From Candidatus Aenigmatarchaeota archaeon (GTDB lineage: Archaea; Aenigmatarchaeota; Aenigmatarchaeia; GW2011-AR5; JACRAC01), in assembly GCA_016187395.1 (NCBI GenBank), contig JACPJV010000039.1, forward strand, positions 5,663-69,662: a stretch of 64,000 bases of DNA, in the 5' to 3' direction. Positions 1 through 9,399 of this stretch are shown here, in pieces (within the stretch, counting starts at the first letter, position 1; each line of letters starts with the position of its first letter). A model generated the notes under the pieces. That model did not search any database, had not been told where the DNA came from, and worked only from the letters and a program-made list of their open reading frames with translations. The translations under genes and the position numbers were made by a program.

Positions 1-81
1 AGTCCTCTTTGTTTTGATGTTTATCGAAGCCAGAAAATCCAGAGGATCCTTTCTCTTATCAGCCTTATTTGCGTCTTTCAT
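1..81 (-). CDS. Partial ORF (5' end) running off the window start, hypothetical
   Basis: ATG at 81-79 opens MKDANKADKRKDPLDFLASINIKTKED with no stop before position 1; divergent from msrA. Confidence 0.35.
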   Translation of the reverse strand, partial: MKDANKADKRKDPLDFLASINIKTKRT

Positions 82-131
82 GTTAAAGTATTCTAATCAA
101 ACAATTAAAAGTCTTTTGCCAATAGTCTGAC

Positions 132-593
132 ATGCCAACGCAGACCGCCACCTTTGCCGCAGGCTGTTTCTGGGGCGTGGAAGCGGCGTTCAGAAAGGCA
201 AAGGGCGTAATAGAGGTAACATCAGGGTATGCGGGCGGTTTTGTGCAAAAGCCTGCTTATGAGCAGGTATGCACAGGCAGGACAGGACACGCGGAGGCAG
301 TGCAGATAGAATTCGACCCGCAAAAAGTTTCTTATGAAGAACTGCTGCTGGTGTTCTGGGATATGCACGAGCCGACGCAGCTCAACAGGCAGGGCCCTGA
401 CATCGGCACGCAGTACAGGTCTGCGGTTTTTTATCACAGCGAGGCGCAGAGGAAGGCGGCGGAAAAATCAAAGGAGGAAGTGCAGAAGAAACACAGGGGG
501 AAAATAGTCACGGAGATAGTTCCTGCGAAAGAATTCTGGAGGGCTGAAGAATATCATCAGAGATATCTGGAGAAACACAATGCCGTATGCTGA
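132..593 (+). CDS. msrA: Peptide methionine sulfoxide reductase A
   Basis: GCFWG active-site motif, GHAEAVQ, RQGPDIGTQYRSA, AEEYHQRY. Confidence 0.97.
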   Translation: MPTQTATFAAGCFWGVEAAFRKAKGVIEVTSGYAGGFVQKPAYEQVCTGRTGHAEAVQIEFDPQKVSYEELLLVFWDMHEPTQLNRQGPDIGTQYRSAVFYHSEAQRKAAEKSKEEVQKKHRGKIVTEIVPAKEFWRAEEYHQRYLEKHNAVC

Positions 594-616
594 ATAGGTG
601 GTTTGGTTTTGCAATC

Positions 617-937
617 TCAGTAAAGCGAGAAGTCTGGCTGGGTCATCCTGCGCATCTGTTCCCTTTTTGAGGCATCTTCCATATGTTTCTCATGCTCGGC
701 ATCTGAAACAACCATCTTCTGGCCATTGCGGTACTTCAGGAAATCGTCAAGAATTCTCGCCTTTTGGTCAGGAGTCAGATAGTCATCGTAGCTGTCTATT
801 ATCTCCAGCACGCTTTCTGATACCCTTGGATCGCTTTTCTTTTCAAGAATTTTCAATATCCCAACCATCATGTTAAATTTGTCTTCCTGCATAACACCAC
901 ACCCTGAAGGTATGATTTGTTTCGTGGTTTCGCTCAT
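617..937 (-). CDS. Hypothetical protein
   Basis: 106-aa ORF with plausible composition and AT-rich upstream region; no recognisable motif. Confidence 0.55.
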   Translation of the reverse strand: MSETTKQIIPSGCGVMQEDKFNMMVGILKILEKKSDPRVSESVLEIIDSYDDYLTPDQKARILDDFLKYRNGQKMVVSDAEHEKHMEDASKREQMRRMTQPDFSLY

Positions 938-1177
938 ACCCCATCATATAGGAACATACCAAATGTCTAATTTAAAGTTAATATGGGATTAATGTGGGAG
1001 TATCATTATTCTTATCTGTAACCTCCAAGTGATTATACTAATAGGTTAAACATAGGTTAACCAAATAGTCAAATATATGACATCCGAATTTATCCTCCAT
1101 GGCAAGGAAATGCTAAATATTTTATTCAGATTGCACAAAGCCATGCGTTTTAAGTCAAGGTCTAGACAGATAAAAAT

Positions 1178-1570
1178 ATGCCTGTATCAGCAGACAGAAG
1201 CATGCAGAAGAAATATAGCATTGTCTTTATGATCATTATTGCAATTTTAGCGGCAGCCCTTTATTTCTCAGGATTTCTGGTTGATGAAGCGAAAATAGAT
1301 ATAGCGGGATGCGAAGCGAGCTATAACACGATACAGAAGGCAGTAAGATCGGACCTATGTCCGGATCCCCAGACGGAATGCATAGCAGAGCCTTTTGTTT
1401 CTGAACATAACGCCTTTGTTGAAGCCGCTTTATGTGCATGCGAGAAAACCAAGACAGACCCAAACGCAGCCAGAGCCCTTGAGGAGAAGTATAAGAACCG
1501 CTTTGATGCCGTCCGCACAGCAGAAGATATATGCAGCGGAAACGACCTTGTGAAGTGGACGTATGGGTGA
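1178..1570 (+). CDS. Membrane-anchored Cys-containing exported protein
   Basis: N-terminal hydrophobic helix followed by six cysteines. Confidence 0.7.
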   Translation: MPVSADRSMQKKYSIVFMIIIAILAAALYFSGFLVDEAKIDIAGCEASYNTIQKAVRSDLCPDPQTECIAEPFVSEHNAFVEAALCACEKTKTDPNAARALEEKYKNRFDAVRTAEDICSGNDLVKWTYG

Positions 1571-1602
1571 AGTATTTATATATATGTATGTATATATACA
1601 CT

Positions 1603-1830
1603 ATGACAAAGATTGTTTCGCTTTCAGAAAGCGCTTACGAGGAGTTGTCCAGACTTAAAAGGGAAGGAGAATCGTTTTCTTCTGTTGTGAGGAGAATAGC
1701 AGAGAAAGAGAAAAGAAGATCAATCATGGAATTCTACGGAGCGTGGGCTGACAAGAAAGGGATGGATAAAATATTTCTGGAAATCTCTAAAGAGCGCGAG
1801 AAATCGAAGTTCAGGGAAGTCAGGATCTAG
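1603..1830 (+). CDS. VapB-type antitoxin
   Basis: MTKIVSLSESAYEELSRLKREGESFSSVVRR pattern of archaeal antitoxins; upstream of a PIN gene; start re-called at ATG 1603. Confidence 0.85.
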   Translation: MTKIVSLSESAYEELSRLKREGESFSSVVRRIAEKEKRRSIMEFYGAWADKKGMDKIFLEISKEREKSKFREVRI

Positions 1831-1837
1831 CAGGGTG

Positions 1838-2060
1838 TATAGTGCTGCAAGGAATACAATGAGGAACTCCGTTCCTCATGTACAGCAGAAGCTTTGCTTC
1901 TGCTTGTAAATCAGGATTAGTCAGATATGATAATTCCTTGCGCACTACAAGGCGAATCAGAGATTCGCCTGTACAGCAGAAGCTTTGCTTCTGCTTGTAT
2001 ATGTGAAACAAGGATTATAAATATCCGACGTAGTCGGGATTAATTCCTTGTTTCACTATA
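1838..2060. mobile_element. Composite hairpin element: family B doublet with two nested family A doublets (1855-1908, 1946-1999)
   Basis: TATAGTGC-T-GCAAGGAAT...ATTCCTTGC-GCACTA followed by TATA-T-GTGAAACAAGGA...TCCTTGTTTCAC-TATA; inserts are TA-CAA...TGTACA...TTG-TA; the empty form of the first hairpin is at 42605-42661 (reverse). Confidence 0.85.
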
Positions 2061-2104
2061 AATGCGTATTCGCGTTGCCTTTCGGCAACGCGAGGTGTGT
2101 GACG

Positions 2105-2497
2105 ATGGCGGTGATGGACACGGATATCCTGGTTGCATTCTTGAGAAAGGATGTGAATGCCAAGAAAAAAATAGAAAGCATGGTACAGCTCGGAATAAAG
2201 CTGTCAACTACATCTATAACAGCGGCAGAGCTTTTCAAAGGGGCATATAAATCAAGGGATGAAGACGCTGTTAAAACCGTTTATGAGCTGCTGGTTTCTA
2301 TGGAGGTTCTCGATTTCGGCATGGAAGCTGCTAATGTTGCAGGGAAAATCTCCTCGGAACTGGAGAAAGGCGGGAGGAAAATTGGCTCAATGGATACTAT
2401 GATAGCAGCGATTGTTATTTCGCATGGAGAATCCATTATAACCAGAAATGAAAGGCATTTCGGAAGAATTCCGTACCTTCATCCGGAGAAATGGTGA
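2105..2497 (+). CDS. PIN-domain (VapC-type) toxin
   Basis: MDTDILV, AELFKG, DTMIAA, TRNERHF acidic PIN motifs; GAGGTG RBS upstream. Confidence 0.92.
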   Translation: MAVMDTDILVAFLRKDVNAKKKIESMVQLGIKLSTTSITAAELFKGAYKSRDEDAVKTVYELLVSMEVLDFGMEAANVAGKISSELEKGGRKIGSMDTMIAAIVISHGESIITRNERHFGRIPYLHPEKW

Positions 2498-2506
2498 AAT
2501 ATTAAA

Positions 2507-2773
2507 TCATTTTTCCCTCCAGTTTACTTCAGCTTCTTTCAGGAACCCTGTTTCAACCATATGGTCGATCTCTGCGTCTTGCAACCCGTATTCGCGAAGG
2601 TCCTCTCGCCTAAACCTTGTTTCCCTTTCCATGAGCGATAGCATCGCTAGTTTCTCTTCAGGCGGATTTGGCATCTGTTCAATCATCCTTCGCATTTTGG
2701 AAATTCTTCTCACTTGATAAACTAAATGCATGTCTATAAAGAAAGGGAGAAAAGTTATATGCGTGCTTTTCAA
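2507..2773 (-). CDS. Small hypothetical protein (start uncertain)
   Basis: ORF directly downstream of the P-type ATPase; helical charged C-terminal half. Confidence 0.45.
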   Translation of the reverse strand: MKSTHITFLPFFIDMHLVYQVRRISKMRRMIEQMPNPPEEKLAMLSLMERETRFRREDLREYGLQDAEIDHMVETGFLKEAEVNWREK

Positions 2774-2775
2774 TT

Positions 2776-5367
2776 CTACTTCATCTTCTTCCCTAATACT
2801 CGTGTGAATGCGAAAAGAACGGCTGCAGATACGATAATCATGCCCCAGTCGATCAAGGACAACGGCACCGTGCTGAAGGCGATCTGCAGCGGTTCTGTGT
2901 ATAAAACAAGCATTTGCAGAAAGAGCGAAGCAAAAACCGCTGCAAGCAGCTTTTTGTTTGACGAAAATGAGAGGTCGCTCTTGAGCCTTACAGAATAAAC
3001 ACGGACCATTTCAAAAACTACCAGCGAGGTAAATGCCACGGTCTGGGCCTTTGCAATGTCGCCTACATTAGCATAGAAAAGGACGAACGTGGCAGCAGCT
3101 ATCAGCGTTCCTATAATAAAAACATTTCTCAGCATGCTTCTGGACAGAGGCCTCTCCTGCGGATTTTTCGGCTTTCTTTTCATTATTTCCGGCGGTGCCG
3201 GGTCCAGTCCTAGCGCAGTGGCAGGGAGGCCGTCTGTCACAAGGTTTATCCATAGCAATTGCACTGCGGTTATTGGCAGAAATTCGGGCCCTAGTATGAG
3301 TATGGTAGCTGCTACAAGTATAACCTCGCCTATGTTGCTTGACAGGAGGTATTCAATAAAATTCTGAATATTACTGTATATAGTCCTTCCTTCCTTTACT
3401 GCGGACACGATCGTGGAAAAATTATCATCAGTAAGCACCATGTCGCTGGCTTCTTTTGCGACATCTGTTCCCTTAATTCCCATTGCAATGCCTACGTCTG
3501 CACGCTTGAGGGCAGGCGCGTCGTTTACGCCGTCGCCAGTCATTGCGATCACATGGCCCTTTTTCTTTAGTGCGTCAACAATACGCACCTTCTGTATCGG
3601 ATCAACGCGCGCATAGACGCGGGTCCTTTCCACAACAGACTCTAATTTTGCGTCGCTCATTCCTTCCAGTTCATTCCCGGTGACCACACTTTCGGAAGGG
3701 ATGCCTATCTGCCTTGCAATTGCACCGGCAGTGTTGGCATGGTCTCCTGTTATCATTATCACGCCGATCCCCGCTTCTTCGCAGAGTTTTACATCTTCAG
3801 AAACGCCTTCACGCGGGGGATCTATCATTCCTATCAGGCCAGCAAAGACGAGGTTTTTTTCCAACGTTTCATCCGCTTTCGGCGATTCTTTGCCTTCCAC
3901 ATCCCTGTAAGCCATGCACAGGACACGCAATGCATCTGATGCCATTCTTTCATTCTCTTTCATTACCTGTTTTTTATCAGCCGTAGAAATCGCAACAACT
4001 TTCCCGTTTTTCAATATTTTCGCGCATTTTTTCAGGACAATCTCCACGGCACCTTTTACGTAAAGGCGCCTTCTGATGCCGTATTCATTCAAAGTGCTCA
4101 TCATTTTTCTTTCAGAACTGAACGGCACTTCACCCAAGCGTTTTTCATGATATTGGTCAAGGGAAGATGCCTTTGATGCTGCAACAAGCAGGGCAAGCTC
4201 TGTGCTGTCTCCAATCATGCTGCTGTTTTCTATGTATGCGTTGTTGCAAAGCGCCGCTATCTTAAGGGAAAGCATGAGCTGGCTATAGGCCTTTGGTTCT
4301 ATCTCTTTGCCGCTGAGCAGAAAGGAGCCCTCTTTTGAGAAGCCGTGACCTGTAGTTTCAAAAAGATCTCCTGCGTAGATGCGTGTTACCGTCATCTCGT
4401 TTTTGGTCATTGTCCCTGTCTTGTCTGCACAGATAAAAGTCGTGCTGCCCAGCGCCTCCACCGCGGTAAGCCTTCTGACAATCGCATTTTTCTGCGACAT
4501 TCTCTGCATGCCAAATGCCATTGTGATTGTTACAATAGCCGGGAGCCCTTCAGGCACAGCGGCTACGGCGAGGGCAATCCCAAATTTTATCATCCCTAAA
4601 AACTCCCCTCCCCTCAGAAGGCCTGCTGCTATAATTGCAATGCTTATAGCTGCGACAAGAATTCCAATCCTTTTTCCAAAGGAGCCGAGGTTTTTCTGCA
4701 GAGGCGTTTGCTCATCGTGCTCTTCCTGAAGCATGCCGGCTATCTTGCCGAATTCCGTGGACATGCCTGTTGCGTAAACAACGCCTGTAGCACGGCCGTA
4801 CGTGACTACAGTTCCTGAAAAGGAGCTGTCTTCCGCCTTCTTTTCCACATCTTCAGATTCTCCTGTCAGCGACGCTTCGTTTACCTTAAGATTAACAACA
4901 GAAAGAAGCCTCATGTCAGCCGGAACACGGCTTCCTTCTTCTAAAAGCACGACATCTCCCGGAACCAGCTCGCTTGTATCTACCTGCCTATGCTTTCCGT
5001 CCCTTACTACAAGCGCATGCGGAGCTGCAAGTTTTTTCAAGGCAGCTAGTGCATTTTCAGCCTTGTATTCCTGGCGAAAACCGACCACGGCGTTTAAGAA
5101 AACTATGGCAAGGATAACGGCGCTGTCTATGAAATTCTCTATGAATGCCGAGAACAAAGCTGCAAAAATCAGAAGGACAATCAGGATGCTCTTGAACTGA
5201 CTGATTAAGATAAGAAGCGCGTTCACCCTTTTCTTCTCTGTTATTTCGTTCTTCCCGTATATTTTCAGCCTTTTCTGCGCGTCTGAACCAGTCAGGCCGC
5301 GCTCTGATGTACTCAGCTCTTTCATGAGTTCTTGAATAGATTTTTCATCTTCCTTCTGCTGAGCCAT
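2776..5367 (-). CDS. Cation-transporting P-type ATPase (P2A / Ca2+-type)
   Basis: TGES, PEGL, DKTGT, KGA, TGDGVNDAPAL and QLLWINLVTD motifs; start re-called at MAQQK. Confidence 0.95.
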   Translation of the reverse strand: MAQQKEDEKSIQELMKELSTSERGLTGSDAQKRLKIYGKNEITEKKRVNALLILISQFKSILIVLLIFAALFSAFIENFIDSAVILAIVFLNAVVGFRQEYKAENALAALKKLAAPHALVVRDGKHRQVDTSELVPGDVVLLEEGSRVPADMRLLSVVNLKVNEASLTGESEDVEKKAEDSSFSGTVVTYGRATGVVYATGMSTEFGKIAGMLQEEHDEQTPLQKNLGSFGKRIGILVAAISIAIIAAGLLRGGEFLGMIKFGIALAVAAVPEGLPAIVTITMAFGMQRMSQKNAIVRRLTAVEALGSTTFICADKTGTMTKNEMTVTRIYAGDLFETTGHGFSKEGSFLLSGKEIEPKAYSQLMLSLKIAALCNNAYIENSSMIGDSTELALLVAASKASSLDQYHEKRLGEVPFSSERKMMSTLNEYGIRRRLYVKGAVEIVLKKCAKILKNGKVVAISTADKKQVMKENERMASDALRVLCMAYRDVEGKESPKADETLEKNLVFAGLIGMIDPPREGVSEDVKLCEEAGIGVIMITGDHANTAGAIARQIGIPSESVVTGNELEGMSDAKLESVVERTRVYARVDPIQKVRIVDALKKKGHVIAMTGDGVNDAPALKRADVGIAMGIKGTDVAKEASDMVLTDDNFSTIVSAVKEGRTIYSNIQNFIEYLLSSNIGEVILVAATILILGPEFLPITAVQLLWINLVTDGLPATALGLDPAPPEIMKRKPKNPQERPLSRSMLRNVFIIGTLIAAATFVLFYANVGDIAKAQTVAFTSLVVFEMVRVYSVRLKSDLSFSSNKKLLAAVFASLFLQMLVLYTEPLQIAFSTVPLSLIDWGMIIVSAAVLFAFTRVLGKKMK

Positions 5368-5452
5368 GATAATTATCTTCGGAAGCCTCCTCTTAAAACC
5401 CACGCCTTTAAAAATAGGTTTGGAGAAGGCATGGCTTAATTCAAGACTAATG

Positions 5453-6859
5453 TCAAGAATTCAGCTTCATGAATTTTGTGTTTTTCAACAAAGTTTCGTA
5501 ACTATTTCCGGTCATAGAGCATATTTTCTGCAGGAAATCCCTGGCTATGCCTTCGAATTGCACAAATGCTTTTGAGCCTATAAGTTCTATGCCGTGCGCA
5601 ATTATCGAATTATCGCGAATACGCACGGATCCCAAAAATCGCTTCAGGTCGTCAAAGGATTTTCCTTTCCACAATTCGTCTTGAAGCAGGGATAAGATTA
5701 TGTGACCGTCTTTGATGCCTATCTCTGCAGGCACGATTCTCTCTGTTCCGTATAGTTTTTTCGTCAACTCACCATATTTTATCTCTATTTCTGCAATCTT
5801 GCTGTACATAGGCTGGGAGGTGGTGATTCCATGCGTGCTCAGCCTGTACTGGGAAATCAGTTCCAGAAGCCGGTATAACCTGGTAATGGAATCTTCCTGC
5901 CGGTTCACTTCCTTTCTCCGCAACGCATTAAGGTACATGTCGATGAGCAGGTGAACAACAAAATCTTCATTTTTCAGGTTCTCCTCAAATTTCTGCCCGG
6001 GCTTAAGATTCGCCAGAAATTTCAATACCGCAAGATTATTTGCTATTTGCGCATGCTCAAACCTGATTCCGTATTGCCTTAATTTTCCCATCAATTCCTC
6101 CAGCTTTTTTTCAGCAGCTATGTAATTGAATGCATCCCACTGATCGTAGCCTTCAGCAAGCAGCGCCTTAATTTCGAATATTCTGGGATCTGCCACTTTT
6201 TTGCACAGGTCTCTGAATAAAATCGCTGCGGAATTAAACGAATACGTGTTGAACAGATAGGTTGCATGGTTATTCTCAAGCTCGCCAAAAACTTCATACG
6301 GATTTCTTACCCTTACAAGGGTTTCTGTTCCAGGCAGCCCCCGTTTTATTTCATCGATCCATTCCTCGTCAATGTAGACTATATCAAAACCAAAAAACGA
6401 TGCCATTATTCCTGCGCTCGCGGACATTATGCGCTTGCCTCTTGTCAGGTCTACGGCAACGCGCTTGCCTTCAAACAGCGGAAACCTGTCCTTTATTTTT
6501 CCATAAATTTCCGCCAAATCCATTCCAGAATATTCTATATCATCAATTTCATAATCCTCTCTTTTCAGACTTGCTTTTTGAATGATAAAATCAAGAAAAT
6601 AATTTCTGAACTCCTTTGTGCAGATAAAATAAACTTTCTTAGGTTTTAGGGCATTTATGAGGAGAATATAGTATCTTTTTTCCAACCCAGCCGGGATTAT
6701 CAGCCAATCGTACCGCGACATGCCCATTTCAGAGACTTTTTTTATAAGGGTTTTTTCTGAAATTTCATGCATATTTTCCCAATAAAGGACTTCGGCTTCA
6801 TTAAAATGACCTTTAAGGACAAGTTCTTTCCATTTTTCCCGTAACTGCCCAAGTTCCAT
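5453..6859 (-). CDS. CARF + HEPN protein (TIGR02710 / Csm6-Csx1-like)
   Basis: CARF motif VDLTRGKRIMSA, NPY linker, helical middle, RLYRLLEL and C-terminal RDNSIIAHG HEPN motif. Confidence 0.85.
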   Translation of the reverse strand: MELGQLREKWKELVLKGHFNEAEVLYWENMHEISEKTLIKKVSEMGMSRYDWLIIPAGLEKRYYILLINALKPKKVYFICTKEFRNYFLDFIIQKASLKREDYEIDDIEYSGMDLAEIYGKIKDRFPLFEGKRVAVDLTRGKRIMSASAGIMASFFGFDIVYIDEEWIDEIKRGLPGTETLVRVRNPYEVFGELENNHATYLFNTYSFNSAAILFRDLCKKVADPRIFEIKALLAEGYDQWDAFNYIAAEKKLEELMGKLRQYGIRFEHAQIANNLAVLKFLANLKPGQKFEENLKNEDFVVHLLIDMYLNALRRKEVNRQEDSITRLYRLLELISQYRLSTHGITTSQPMYSKIAEIEIKYGELTKKLYGTERIVPAEIGIKDGHIILSLLQDELWKGKSFDDLKRFLGSVRIRDNSIIAHGIELIGSKAFVQFEGIARDFLQKICSMTGNSYETLLKNTKFMKLNS

Positions 6860-6911
6860 GGAAAAGATGGTAAACAAATTGTTATAAACCTTGTTTCTCA
6901 ATTAAATGCAT

Positions 6912-7288
6912 GCCTCCGTAGCTCAGTTCCAATCCCTTTCAGAAGGCGAATGGACGTTCCTGCAGGAACGTCAGTTTGCAAACGAAAGAAAGGTCTTGGA
7001 GAACCCCAAAGAAAGGGAACGTTGCTTCGCAACGATAATATGGGATTGGAGAGAAATCTGGTAGAGCGGCTGCCTTGTATCCAAGTGAAGCCGCCGAGCA
7101 AGGAAATTTCAAGCGGAAAAATGAAAGGAGCGTTCTCAAGGACGTAAGGGAGAACGCTCAGATTGCTTCCGAAGAAATTTCGCAGCGAGGCGAGCTGAAT
7201 GCGGAAGGAGTGCAGCGCTGCTGTTATGAGCAGTGTGCTATGAAAACAAGACAGCAGCAGGTCGTGAGTTCGATTCTCACCGGAGGCT
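6912..7288 (+). tRNA. tRNA-Thr(UGU) with two introns: 6927-7056 (position 15/16, 130 nt) and 7080-7252 (position 37/38, 173 nt)
   Basis: Spliced product GCCTCCG TA GCTC AGTCTGGTA GAGC G GCTGC CT TGT AA GCAGC AGGTC GTGAG TTCGATT CTCAC CGGAGGC T folds into a cloverleaf; junctions are bulge-helix-bulge-like (AG|T, CTC:GAG, AA|T and TA|T, CTTG:CAAG, AC|A). Confidence 0.93.
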
Positions 7289-7457
7289 TTGAGCAGGGAG
7301 TGCAAAGCCCCACCGACAGAGGCAAGAGGTTCGGGGTTCAAAGGATGAGCGTGGCGCATGTTTATCGGACAGATGTCAGGTATGCCCAGGCAGTGGCGCT
7401 CCTCAGGCGCGACCCGGCGGTTTCGTCCCGCGACAAGCAGATGATTTGCTCCGTATT

Positions 7458-7725
7458 ATTACCCACGCCTAAAGGTGTGGGTTTCTCAGAGCACAAGCAA
7501 GAGCGAAGCTCTTGCGGTGCAGCATGAATCTCCGATTCATGCTTGCAAAGCATGTCGGAAGCCTTCTGTATCATACAAGCAGGAGCATATCTCCTGCTGT
7601 ACAGGAGGAACGTTGTTCCTCCTTGTATCCTCCGCTTACAAGCAAGAGCGAAGCTCTTGCTGTACAGGTGAACCTTTGGTTCACCATGTAAAAGCGGAGG
7701 ATTTATGTGGAGGCTTCCGCCTATA
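7458..7725. mobile_element. Family C element (IS200/IS605-end-like hairpin) with three nested family A doublets (7492-7547, 7574-7627, 7637-7690)
   Basis: CCCACGCCTAAAGGTGTGGGTTTC hairpin, then CGGAAGCC...GGCTTCCG outer stem and TCCTCCGCT...AGCGGAGGA inner stem; colinear with 36633-36797. Confidence 0.8.
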
Positions 7726-7908
7726 ATCCACAGCCTTTCCTCCCACCAACTATTTAGGCATTTTGGTAGCAGAGTGTTGCCTGATTCTAGACAGGCAGGC
7801 ATGGAAATGCTCTTATACCAAAGGGCATTTTGTAGAAATTCGCCATAAATCCTGAAAATACTACCCTTTTATACTTATCGCCGGGTTAGTTTGGAAAGGT
7901 GACAATGT

Positions 7909-8289
7909 ATGAAAACTGAAAAGTGGGGCGAATACGCCGCATTGCTTGGTGTCATCGTAGCGGTCTTGGTAGGACTTGCTGCAGCAAGCGATGGGCTAGT
8001 CGCCGGAGCAACTTCTGCCTGGATCGCAGTGTTGCTAGTTGTGCTCGGAATAATTGTCGGGCTTACAACCATAGCAGAAAAGGAGGTTACATCCTTCCTT
8101 ATAGCTGCTATCGCGTTGGTTGTCAGCTCAGTCAGCGTACCTGCTTTTGGAGCATTCTCAGGCGTTCCTGAGCTTGCTGTCCTGGGCAGTATATTGACTG
8201 CGATTTTCCAGAACATAGCAACTCTGATCGCACCGGCAGCTGTTATCGTGGCGTTCAAGGCCGTTTGGTCATTGGCGTCTCGAAGATAG
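7909..8289 (+). CDS. Small multi-pass membrane protein
   Basis: 126 aa, almost wholly hydrophobic, GGTGA RBS, T-rich run downstream. Confidence 0.85.
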   Translation: MKTEKWGEYAALLGVIVAVLVGLAAASDGLVAGATSAWIAVLLVVLGIIVGLTTIAEKEVTSFLIAAIALVVSSVSVPAFGAFSGVPELAVLGSILTAIFQNIATLIAPAAVIVAFKAVWSLASRR

Positions 8290-8378
8290 TCCAGGTCTTT
8301 GATGATCAAAGACCTTTTGTTTTTATTTTTTTCATAATTTATTACTTCAGAAATTCTACATCAGGAATGTCTCTGAAA

Positions 8379-8548
8379 GGATTGTGTTTACTTAGGGTGT
8401 GATTTGCTTCCTGTCAAATCAACTGATGAGCAATAGCGATATTGTCATAAATTCACTCATCAGTCATTCTGCACCGTGAGGCGGCATTTACAAAATGCCT
8501 CCCTGCTTTTTGATTCAATGAAATCATACGCCAAGTTAACAGAACCCT
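8379..8548. repeat. Long imperfect inverted-repeat element containing a family G-like hairpin (8421-8475)
   Basis: GGATTGYGTTTACTTAGGGTRTGAT is shared with 61769-61793; ACTGATGAG...CTCATCAGTCATTCTGCA resembles 30159-30206. Confidence 0.55.
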
Positions 8549-8549
8549 G

Positions 8550-9356
8550 CTACCACACCTTGAGATCTCCGTTATTCCCTACGATATGTATATCCTTTAC
8601 GTATACGTTCGCAAACTCGAACCCTATGGCTCCTATATTTGGGCTGTTAAAATCGAAGAAGTCTGATTCCTTGGTAAACCCGGTTATAGAGTGGTTAAAC
8701 TGGAGCCAGACGCCGCACTTCTTCTCCTCCTTAGACAGGGTGTATCCAGCGGCAATGAACCCCTCGCTATTGAAGCCCTCGGAATTCTGGCTGCTTACAA
8801 AGACTAGCTGGTCGTACAGTTTAGGTGCAGCCTCGTCAAAGCATTCAGAACCATCCTCGTAGAAAGGTATATTATACTTGAATTCGAGGCGCGCACTGTA
8901 TACGGGGTCAATATTGTTGTAATTTACCTCGTTTATGTATGCGTCTGCATAAGAACCTCTGGTAAATTTTCCATCAAAGTCCGTGAAAACAGGAACTTCG
9001 AAGAATATCGCATCCGCATAAAGGCAGAATCCAAGCTTTTTGTTGTCGTTGTAGCTCTCCTTCCAGGGGCCCGGAGGCACGCCGGGATCATTGGCGCAGC
9101 CAGGCCTCCAGGGAAGATTTTCATTATATAGCTCAAGAACAGGTGCAGGAACAGGCAGGGCAGGCTGCTCCGGAATCTCTGCGACAGGCTGTTCCAGAAC
9201 ATCAGGCGTCTGCTCAGCCTCTTGTGGAACAGCAGGTTCTTCCAGGGTTTCTGCTATAAAACCGGTTATATTCGGGTATACAATTATCAGAACCGCCATG
9301 GCAAGGACGACTGCATAAAACCTGTACATACCCGAAACCATGCTATTAGAATCCAA
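8550..9356 (-). CDS. Membrane-anchored exported protein, paralog of 9400-10074
   Basis: TM helix + ITGF motif, Pro/Glu-rich linker, shared ENLPWRPxCxND...PWxESxN...FCxYxD domain. Confidence 0.85.
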   Translation of the reverse strand: MDSNSMVSGMYRFYAVVLAMAVLIIVYPNITGFIAETLEEPAVPQEAEQTPDVLEQPVAEIPEQPALPVPAPVLELYNENLPWRPGCANDPGVPPGPWKESYNDNKKLGFCLYADAIFFEVPVFTDFDGKFTRGSYADAYINEVNYNNIDPVYSARLEFKYNIPFYEDGSECFDEAAPKLYDQLVFVSSQNSEGFNSEGFIAAGYTLSKEEKKCGVWLQFNHSITGFTKESDFFDFNSPNIGAIGFEFANVYVKDIHIVGNNGDLKVW

Positions 9357-9399
9357 TGGAAATATTTATAACACGATATTACCAATAAAAATTAGCAAA

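Noticed and set aside
7080..7252. Box C/D guide RNA or homing endonuclease in tRNA intron 2
   Set aside because: One CTGA is present but no convincing RUGAUGA box C, and the intron is too short for a nuclease ORF
7492..7690. Clustered palindromes near the CARF gene as a CRISPR array
   Set aside because: The units are not identical direct repeats with unique spacers of regular length; they are dispersed nested hairpin elements, and no cas genes are present
6898..7802. ORFs 6898-7359, 7075-7527, 7362-7802 and 7475-7726
   Set aside because: They overlap the tRNA, its introns and hairpin elements and show no protein motifs
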